NCBI GenBank assembly: GCA_964035545.1
Contig: OZ037770.1
Location: 2,170,001 to 2,234,000 of the forward strand
DNA length: 64,000 bases
From: Bugula neritina
Taxonomy: Eukaryota; Animalia; Bryozoa
Direction: 5' to 3'
In this document: piece after piece, positions 38,818 to 49,900 of the stretch
How the letters are laid out: each line of letters opens with the position of its first letter
Position numbering within the stretch: the stretch's first letter is position 1
Translations under genes and position numbers: made by a program
Notes under the pieces: generated by a model
Database searches by the model: none
What the model was told of the DNA's origin: nothing
Seen by the model: only the letters and a program-made list of their open reading frames with translations

Positions 38818-41800
38818 ATGGCGGAAGCTCACGCCGCTGTAGCCTTCTCTTTCAACGTGACTCCCGAGGGAGTGGACGTCAAGTATAACCATGAGGCTAT
38901 CAAGGCGGTGTGGTTCAGCGGGGTTCATTCCTGGAAACTCCGATTCATCAGGTTCAAAGTGAGTGACTTTATGATATTCCAGCTGGTGTTAACCTTTTCA
39001 AGGATCCTAATAAACCTTGACTCATAAATGAGGAGCTTGCTAGAAGCAGCACCGAGTTGGGGGTGACTGAGTACAGTATATGTACGCACATAGTTGTCCG
39101 AACCCCAGACCTTCTCCAATTCAGTGTAGCTTCTATCGTTTCCCCTGAATGAACTGTTGATTAGCTTTCATCTTTGCAAATCTTTATGTTATGGAAAGCC
39201 TCACTACCAACTCACATTTCTTACTCAGAATTTTTAGTTTTCTGTTACTAAGGCTGACAAGGAGGAAATCTTAGAATTCAAAAGTCATAGCCACCATGTC
39301 TTTATTTGTGTTGCACATTCTTCTGTTTTTATATACACATGGAATATTAGTCATTTACAAGCTGAGAGTTTTATGTATGTTTGTTGTAAAAGGATTGTTT
39401 TCCTTCGTAACCATTTAACCTTTAACCTTTTCATTTCATGTTGACGACTATTTTAATCTTATTCTGAAATGGTTTCAGTTTTCAAATATCGCTTTTTCTA
39501 GAATCGCTGCGTCAACATCCTGTATCCGGCTCCGCCCATGAGCCTCTTTCTCATCACAGCGCTGGTGATGGGCCTACAGCTGTACACGGAGCGAGATCTC
39601 TCGTGTGGAGCTGTTGATTATGCGGCCAGTTTCTTCCCAGAGTGAGTACACATAGTAGGCGGGTGGATTCATCCCCCTCCTTTACCCCTTATTACTAATT
39701 AGGGCCTCGGGTTATCATATTTTAGTAATCAACTTTCACAATATTCAAAGTCCTGCCTTACCAGCTGGTTCATTGCAGGAACTAAACTACACACCAGTTT
39801 CTATCACTGGAATTGTGTAATACTAATGCTATGTACGTACAACTATGTATAGTAGTGAAATATGTTACCTAACACGCAATTAGTACTAGCTGATGAACTT
39901 ATTACGTTTTGCTGCACTTGTTTACAATATCTCATGCTTCGTGTGACATCATTTTATGTTGATTGTAGTCCTATAATGTTTTTATTATGCAAGCTATTGG
40001 TCTTTTTGCATAATAAATACGTTGTTCGAAGTCGTTATCCCTGTGAGAGCCCCCCCCCCTCCCTGATAAGGGTTATATTAGCCTAAGAACTGTGATACAG
40101 GGACTTGTACGTAACTTCACTAAAGACTAAGATACAAACCCTCTTGCCCAGCTAGTACTCTATCTAACCACTGGACCATGCTAATATATTTCACATAAGG
40201 CTTACTTTAATTAGTTCCACATTCTATCACCCCAGCACTTCAACCTCAGCATGTCTTCTCTATATAAACTAAGTTTCTCTAACTTTCTTCATGACCTGAA
40301 AAGACATCCTTCTCTCTGGTCAACTCCTTTGTGTTATAAAAATGAAAAAACTGCCCTTTGTACCCTGTACTCAGTTCTCTACTCTCTTTAAGGGGGTCAG
40401 TCACCCCTCCCTTAACTGGTTCCTATACCTCCCAGGTGTTAAGTACTCTATATCAATGTACTTTGAACTTTCATTTAACCACATGCATGTCCCTTATCTC
40501 CTAGTTAGGTGTCTACGTAGTCTGTCTGTGTGTCCACAATCTTTCTGTGTGTGTATACAGTCTGTCTGTGTGTCCACAGTCTGTCTGTGTGTCCACAGTC
40601 TGTCTGTGTGTCCACAGTCTGTCTGTGTGTCCACAGTCTGTCTGTGTGTCCACAGTCTGTCTGTGTGTCCACAGTCTGTCTGTGTGTCCACAGTCTGTCT
40701 GTGTGTCCACAGTCTGTCTGTGTGTCTACAGCTTGTATTAATATACTTTAGACTTCAAAGGAATATATATCATTGAGTAGCACTGAAATAGGACATTGAC
40801 TGAAGTTTAAGATAATGAAGTTACAGTGCTGTAAGCTGTGGGGGACATTTCTAGTTGGTTTAGCAGAGTTTAATGATGTTGTATTACATACTGTTTGGGG
40901 TATTCTAGGGTTTCAACTCCCACCTCAAACCAACACGCATAGAGGAAGTTAGAGAAGTTAGGCTACATAAATTCGATATGTCATCCAGTATTTTGTATAC
41001 CCTTTGAAAACATAAGATTTTACTTAATCTACTTCAAACAAACATCTAGCATATATCAAACATGAGCTCTTTGGTAGAAGAGGGCACATCTGTCAGCATG
41101 GTGACTAACTGCTTCTATATGCTGGTCTGGCAGCACTTCCTTTGTGATGTCAGCAATAGTCTTGCTGGGGTTCAAACCCCTGATCCACTCTAACCCCTAG
41201 ACCAGATACCTTTTCATGTATGACTCTGTTATGTTACTTTGATTAGCCCTCTATACATTCACAGTGTAGGTAATATTTTCTTGATTTTAAAAACAAATAT
41301 TGGCAGGTTTTAAATTCTCCATTAATATAAATTAACTAACTTCTAGTTGCCTACTAGTCTATACTATAGAACATATATTCACAGTCTAGGTTTAGGAAGT
41401 AGTTTATTATTCTGAAACCAGTATTGGTAAATTTTAAATTTTAAACTACATATATAAACATGGCTGGAGATCCTCAATAACTGATGTTGGGGAAAGCATC
41501 CAGTCATAATTTCTCCTGTGCTATTACTGAAAAAGTCCTTAGCCCAATTTAACATAAAAAACCTTTCCATCAGGGTTTTTTCACAAGGATAATGACTATA
41601 AAATTGCTTGAATTGTTTCAACTTTTACTAATCTACTATCATCTTTTTGGGGATTTCCAACCTAACAGCTGTTAGGAATTCTTTACTCAATGAAGGGGTG
41701 GGCAAATTCATGTGGTTGCTGGAGGTAGGCGAAGTAATGGAGACATTCAGAAAAGCCTGTGTTCTAGATTAGAAATGTAGCATAAGAAATTATGTTCATC

Positions 41801-44800
41801 AAACCAAAATTTAATAATAAAATTAAACAACTTAGGTTATCTCAATTTCTCCACTACTGCCTCATGTTAAGATTCCTGTCTAACATTTGCTGCCGCTGTT
41901 GTAGGTGTGTCCATGAGCAGTGCGAGCTGTTTGCTGCCCTAGTGTTTGGTATAACAGTGTGGGTGGCCTACGTGCTGGTGTGGAGGTACACGCTAAAACT
42001 GCTCTTCCTCAACCACTCCTGGATGTACTCCCCTCACGGTAAAATGAGTCTCCCCAACAAGGTCTGGGTGGTGATTGTCAGCCTCATCAAGGGGAGGAAA
42101 CCCCTGCTCTTCAGCTTTCAGGCAGCGTTACCCAAGTTACCAGTTCCTAGCCTCAGGTCTACACAGAAAAGGGTGAGTTCTCAGGCTAAGTTGAGTTGAG
42201 CTGCTATTTACTTACTTGTTGGTTAATTTACTTACTTTTCTACTTACTTATTTGGTTACTTGCTTATTTACTTACTTTACTCTTTCACTTATTTACTTAC
42301 TTACTTCTTTACTTACTTACATCTTTACTCACTTACTCACTTACTTATTTACTTACTTACTTCTTTACTTACTTACTTACTGACTTATTCATTCACTCTG
42401 TCTCTTCATTTCTTGACTATGGTTGCCCTCTATAGTTTAATGTTTCTAATTTCATTTCCTTAATTGCAGGAAATTTAAAATATTGATTATTTAATTTTTC
42501 AATTCACTTCATAGGCTGAACGTGTCTCAACTAATATGTAAATACTGGTAGTTTATTCCACAAATAATCTAGGTTTGCTGGTAAAATATGATTTGCAAAA
42601 TTATTGGCTTTTTGTGTGAACATTTTATTTTGTGGTGGTTATGGCCTATCAACCAAAGTATATATAGAAAATTCCAAGATGTTCCCTGTGCAGCCTTTTA
42701 TGTCCCAACCCTAAATATATTAAGAGGTTTAAAGAACTCGAGCTATTAGAGTTTCTTCACTGCAGCAGCTAAATGCAATATTGCAGCTAGTAACTTGCGT
42801 GTCTGTTATTTTCATTCACTAATAATTAGTTTCTGCAGTTACATTGTGTGCAGATAAAGTGGAGAAAAATCTTATATTTTATTTTTAATTAAAATTTTTT
42901 CATTTCTTCCAAGTGTTTGCGGTGACAGAGTTGAGAGCATTTGTTTTAAGTATCCACTCCTGTGAGAACCCCTGATTGTAGGGGGCTAAGAGGTTGTTTT
43001 CACTTTGGTAAAGAAATTATGAGTTTAACTCAATTCAATTAACTTTGCATGTCATGGATTACAAGGATTACAAGTTACAGTGCAGTAAATTGAGTAAAGC
43101 TAGCTAACCAATAACCAAATCAATTGTACCGTTTGTATATAAATTAGTAAATATTCTAAGTATGCAGTTATTATGTAAGACTTGACCACTTTGCAGTTCA
43201 CTGACTTATAAATAGTAACAAATCCAGTTATTTATCTCAGCCGTTCAACTCGCCCTTCTGTATTTGGCTGAGTGCCAATACTAACTAATAATAGCTACTA
43301 ATTCAACTATTGAAACACGGTGTAATAATTACGCAGTGAATGTAAATAGTTTATTCAACTTTTAATAGACTTTATTCCATAAAGCATTAAGTTTAGTTTA
43401 GTTTAGTTGGTTTCCCTTCAACTAACCTGAATATACAGTTCACTGGACAGGCAATCTTAGCAAGTCTTATTAATTTGCTTGCAACTAAACTAGCGCAGCA
43501 CAGTTGTATGCAAAATGATATTTCTGTGCCTGTGAATTACCGCCTTTCAACTTGAAGTAGTGTTCTGTTTGATAAATAGAATCATTATAGATCAGGGGAA
43601 ATAATTTCTCAATGATTTCCGGTGGAATTCAAACCCTGTTGGCTCAATGTTAATCAGACCGGTTTCTCTTTGGGCTGTTTTATAGTTGGCCCAGTTTAAA
43701 AAAAGCATATTTATGGTTTTAGTTCCCCACTCTTGTACTCTACATTTCAAACCAGTTTAATACAAGAAATGAAGTATGGCCATATTTATGTTTAATATTT
43801 TATGATCGCCAGGCCAGTTGTTAGTCACTGTAATAACTTTTGTTGTTTTTCACTTCATTCAATACTATTCCAGATACTATACTTTACTTTTTAATTGATT
43901 ATCTTTCTTAACGCTCCTCAAAACTTGTTGAAAATTGATTAAATTTGTTGATTAATTAGATTACATCCTTAGGGAGCAGTTATCATCCATTCTTCTTAGC
44001 AGTAACCTGGCATTCTTGTATAAAAAAATGCAATTAATTCAGTTCCAGCTACTTTAGTATAGAGGTGCAGAACTTTGCTTAGCTTGTGCTCTTAGTATAG
44101 CTGTAATGGCCTTATTTCACAACTTCTTGAGTTACAAATATTAATCAAAACTAGGGCTATTGGGGGATAATGTAACTCTGCAACTGCCCTGTTACAGCTC
44201 AGTGCAGTGTCGACTGGTAACAATTAGTATGCTGCCTTTTTCACACAAATGCTCATTGGCAGCCATCCTTGGGGAAATCGCAGTGGGATTTAGTACATGT
44301 GTACTTGCACTGTGTACTTTAACACACAGGATGTGGTGGGGGGATAATTCTGAACCCTGAAATTAACGCCTAGTATTTCCTGTGAAGCACAGGCTGTGTT
44401 TGTTACCAGTTTGTGAACAGATGGACTTTGAATTCAAAGTTTTGCTTTTTGTTGGACATGAGCCAGAAGTTTCACGAGCTGAATGCCAAATAGAATTTTT
44501 CAACATTATTAGCATTTTCTCTCAATACTGCCATTTACTTGCCTTTAATTTCAGAAACTAGTACTCAAGTCTAGCTAAAACGATTTAGTTATTTTAACTT
44601 CTTTATATTTTAATTCTACTTGTTTTATTTATGATATTATTTTATCAACATGGGCAACCGATCTGCAGCAAGTTTGTTCTAACTAGTTAAAGATTTTGTC
44701 ACCTCTCATTTTATGTCATGATAAATTCCTCGTTTACCCATTTTTCTAAGTATAAAGATAATGAATGCAAATGAATTCTATAAAACAAGACGTGATATTA

Positions 44801-46816
44801 TCTAGATACCTTATATAAAGTTGAAGTATAACATTTAGGCTTCCTAGTGAGCTAGGCAACTATTTTACTTTGTATAATACACATGGCATGAGTCAGTATA
44901 TAGCGTGACTCCAGTGTTGTGGTATTTACTACATATATGATATAGAGCAGGGTTTATCTAGTCCCATAACTTTGTATATAGCCAGTATCTCCTGTATTGT
45001 TAGCTTTCTCGTGTATTTTGGTAACGTGCCACATGATAGCATCCAAGTATAAAGTTGGTTCAGTAAATTGGAAAATGTAGCATCAGAAGTTATGTTCTCT
45101 TTCGGATTCGAACCTTTGCCTAAACCGAAATTCATAAATCAAGTTATGATGAGTTGATAGTTGTTTCCAAACTACTAAAAATAAAGGTAAATGGTAGACA
45201 GGCAGCTTTTGTTCATTTAATTTAAATTTAATTTGGAGTTGTTGTCCTTTTTCCTGTAGTACTTGAAGTCAGTGCGACCATTACTCAGTGACATTGAGTA
45301 TGACAGGATGTCGAAGCTAGCAGACGACTTCTTTGGTGGTATTGGTAAGAAGTTACAGCGATATTTGATCCTCAAGTCATGGTGGTCCACCAACTACGTC
45401 ACTGATTGGTGGGAAGAGTATGTCTACCTTCGTGGGAGGTCTCCCATTATGGTCAACTCCAACTATTACGGCCTGGTGGGTGGTCTGATGATTATTCTTT
45501 ACCTATTTTACTGTTTCATGTTACGTGTGATGTTTTATAAAGTTTTAATATTCTTTATTAGTTTTATTTATAATTTCTCGGGTTGATTTACCTCCATTTT
45601 TGTGAAGTTTTTGTACTTTTTCAAAAAAGTAAATGTGAATTTTATACCTTCTTAACTATCACACTTTTGTTCTAACGGTTTCTATGTTACTTTATCATTA
45701 TTCTAGTTATATAAATTGCATTGACTTAAGTCCACTTCAAATGATGTGCATCTGTATTAATTTATTTTTAAATATTTCTATCAAATAACAATCGTGGATG
45801 TTTTTTCAATAGCTCATTGGTTGCATAGCATTATACTGAATATGAATTTATTTAGACATGAAAACCAGTTGCAGGCTGTTTGAAACTAATGGTTGGTCAT
45901 TTTTTTCTGTTATCAATACAAGATGATGAGAAAAAGTGTGGATAACTCTAAATTTATGTTTCATTTCAGGACGTCATCTTTGTCCACCCGACTCACATCC
46001 AAGCAGCCAGAGCTGGGAACATGGTCTATGCGTTCCTTAAGTTCAGGGAGCAGATAGAGCACGAGACTCTAGAGCCGGTATCAACTTACCTTTTGTCTTT
46101 ACTTACCTTTTGGTTTGACTTAAGTTGCGTTTATACCTCTGCTGAAAAAAGTACCGAGTTTAAGTTAATAATGCTTGTCCGGGTACCCCTTTATAGTCAA
46201 ACTGAAAATCGTTGAAATCATATTGATGCGGCTGCTCACTTTCTGAAATTGAAATTTGACTCGCATAATAGCTATTAGATGCCCTTTGTAATCGTCGTGA
46301 ATTAGTGAAGCGGAAAGCATAAAAGCGATAATTGAGAAGGCGTAGGCTATATAATTATAACCGTATAAGTACGTTGTCTAATTGCCAAAGTAATAACTAA
46401 ATAACGATGTTTACAAGGAGTTATTAGTCCTATTCTAAAATTGGCCTATTAAGTTATCACAGTACAAAAATTTCAACGAGTGGCTTTTACAATGCAATGC
46501 AATGCAAATTTCAACCCGGCCAAATTGAATTTTTGACCGAAAATCGTGAAGGTATAAACGCAACTTTACTTTTTACTTTACTTACCTTTTGGCTTGATTT
46601 ACTTATCAATTCGTACCTACTTCAGTCATGCATACATATATTGAGTAGGAAGTTATCTCCACTCTCTTAGTGAGTATAAAGTGACACATGTCAGTGTAAC
46701 ACAGCAAATCTTCTTTCACTGTAGTTGTTAGTCAACAGGACTGTACCACTTGACTCTGTGCAGTATGAGAGACTCTTCAACACAACTAGGATACCTGGTG
46801 TAGAGACGGGTGAGTG

Positions 46817-46862
<46 letters not shown>

Positions 46863-46884
46863 CAGTAGCAGTAGCAGTAGCAGT

Positions 46885-46945
<61 letters not shown>

Positions 46946-49900
46946 GCAGCCGCAGCCGCAGCCGCAGCCGCAGCCGCAGCCGCAGCCGCAGCCGCAGCCG
47001 CAGCCGCAGCCGCAGCCGCAGCCGCAGTAGCAGTAGTAGTAGCAGTAGTAGTCGTAGTAATAGTACTACTACTACTACTAGTAGTAGTAGTACCAGTAAT
47101 ATTAGTAGTAGTACTAGTAGTAGTAGTAGTACTACTACTAGTAGTAGTAGTACCAGTAGTATTAGTAGTAGTACTAGTAGTAGTTGCTCTCAAAGCTGTG
47201 CTAATCATTTTATATTTGACCTTCAGACATCCTTGAGCACATCAATGGCGTCACTCACATAGCAGTGCTCAGCAAGGGCCGCTACTACAAAGTCTACACA
47301 CACGATCACGGACGACTCCTTCAACCCAGAGACCTTGAAAGGTCAGTTCACACTACGTACTCAATTCCCGCTCAGATTTAATATGAAATGTTGATATCAG
47401 ATGATTTGATGTTGATTTTCCTGTAGGGTTTTCCAGCAGATCATAGATGACCCCAGTGAGCCACTGAAGGGGGAGGAGAGATTAGCCGCCCTCACTGCCG
47501 GAGAGAGAGTGCCCTGGGCTAAGGCTAGGAAGACGTATTTCGCTACCGGCGTCAACAGAGCCTCTCTCTCGACTATCGAGAAAGCCGCCTTCGTTTTGGT
47601 TTTAGACGACGTTGACTACAATTTCTCTGCGGTTCGTATTTCTATCATTCGTTAGTTCCAACTTGTTTATTCAGTATGAAGTTTAATAAAGGTTTTTGCA
47701 AGAATTGAATTCAGAAGTAAAATTCCAATATTAGATTTCACCATGTTTGTGCAAAGGAATTTCGTAGACTAAGATCTAGTTGATGCAGTCAGGGGAGACA
47801 AATCTTCCTGACTCAGTTTAATGAGTCGTTTCTCTCAAGGATAAGCTCTGCCTTTAAAGGCTTGATATTTTCTCTTAAGATCTTTCGTGTTTTTTACTAG
47901 ATACATGGTCACATGAAAGATGCTTACCCTTCTAGAATATTCCACCACCTTCTAGAATATTCCACTACCTTCTAGAATGCACCATAATGACAGTATGTTA
48001 TTCTAGGAAGATCAAGACGCTCTGAGTGATTTTGCCAAGGCCATGCTGCACGGGAACTGTTATAATAGATGGTTTGATAAGTCCTTCACCCTTGTCATCT
48101 CGGCCAATGGGAGAGTAGGTTTCAATGCAGAGCACTCCTGGTAAGTGTTATCATATATTAGTGATGTCATCAGTTTGTGCTCATGTGTCATAATTACTTG
48201 AATATTGACTCTATGAACCTCACAACAGCATTGTGTATTTGACTTTGATCATGTGACATGTCACATGATCAAAGTCAACTTTTTCCAATGGTAATGTCTT
48301 TTCGTCTATCGCTTGGAGACTGGTCAGTTGATCGTAATATATTTGTAATTAGTTTCATACATTTACTCTCCATCCAGCTGAAAACTCAACCAATCATTGT
48401 CTTGAAGTGAATCATTATTCAACCAATAATATAAGGAATGCTGCTTTGTTCAGCAAGTTGAAAGTTTCGGCCAATGGTGGTCATACCAATTCATTCAGCC
48501 AATAATATGTTAGCTTTCGTTAATCGGCCAATGATGTGTTAGCTTTCGTTAATCGGCCAATGAGATATCAATACGCTAGTATTCGTGCAGGGCTGATGCT
48601 CCAATCATGGCGCAGATCTGGGAGGAAGGATTCTCCCATGAGACGATTGACATGGGGTGAGAACAGGTGTTGAGTTTTTCCGGAAGCTTCTCTGCACTCA
48701 TCATTTCCTGTTTGTTCTGCTGTGTAAACACCACACTCTTTGGTTGTTTGGACCTTCGATATTCTCACAGCTTGCTGTCTAACCGTTGTTGTGAATAGTT
48801 GTGTGTTAGCGGCAGCCCTAGCAGCAACATCAGCGCTGCCTCTGTTGTCCTTTTCTGAACTACGTCCACTTTCTATTGAAATATATTCAATTTCCTTTAA
48901 AAAAAGTGTTCTAAATTTTAGTGATATGATATGAAATGTGGGCGGAGTTTAGTGACACTTGCGGGTACGATGGGTTAGCATGAGTTCTCGTATTACCTAC
49001 GTTATTTTAACAGGGCGGACGCTCCCGTTATAGCCCAGGCATGGGAGAGTAACATAGCCTTAGACCTGGAGTCAAAAGGGTATTATATGTTTATACACAT
49101 CAGGGGGTCAATCACTTGGGGCTTTGCTGCGTTTGACCTTGGTATGACCTTGTCAGCAGTAGTTCTGTGATTGGCCTCTTGCTCTGTGTGGTTCTCTGCT
49201 GGCTCCGTTTTCACCTTCTAAGGGTCAAGGTCTACCCCGGTCAAACATTTCTGCTGAAAAGCCGCTTTCCACAATAAAAGAAATTTCCAGCTTTTGGAAA
49301 AATTTATAACAAATGTCATGTTTCTATAAAAACCGGTGTGTAGACCTTGATCCTAGGTTAGGCATGTGTTAGGGTGTCCTCTGCATACCCCCTCTATCGC
49401 CATGTGAATGTATAGCCTTAAAACTGTCTGTGTCAAGCCTCTACTATCTTTGCTCCAGCTTCGACGCTCCCATCTACTCCCAACTCTGGGAGCAGTACAT
49501 TGCCCTTGACCTGGAGATATACGGGTAACCGCCCTTTTACCTCGCCCAAGCTTTAGTTCACCGCTAGTTTATTTAGTCGTATTGGCAAAATTTAAGCTCA
49601 GCTTTCTAATTGAATATAAACTTGTTTTTACTATATGTATGCAGGAAAATGTGTAAACTTCAGGAATTAAGCTTAACTCTGATTTGTATATCTGCAATAG
49701 AATAGAAATTCATTTTTACCTTCATGAAAAAAATGCCTATGTGAAACTCATTTTTCATTTTTGGCAATTGGCATCCCAAAAAATATAAGCAGAAAATTAT
49801 GAGAATGCATTTATAAATCTTTTAAGCGGAATTATTTCACTCAGTACTTCAATACAACATGTAATCAGAGGTGTGTAAATGGATACTTCTGTTGACTGTT

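Noticed and set aside
40342-40776. Cys-rich ORFs
   Set aside because: Translations of the 19-bp minisatellite
46810-47262. SR-rich or poly-Ala protein, or in-frame intron retention (intron is 417 nt)
   Set aside because: Microsatellite; in the CPT1 frame the retained intron reads GGT GAG TGG TAG
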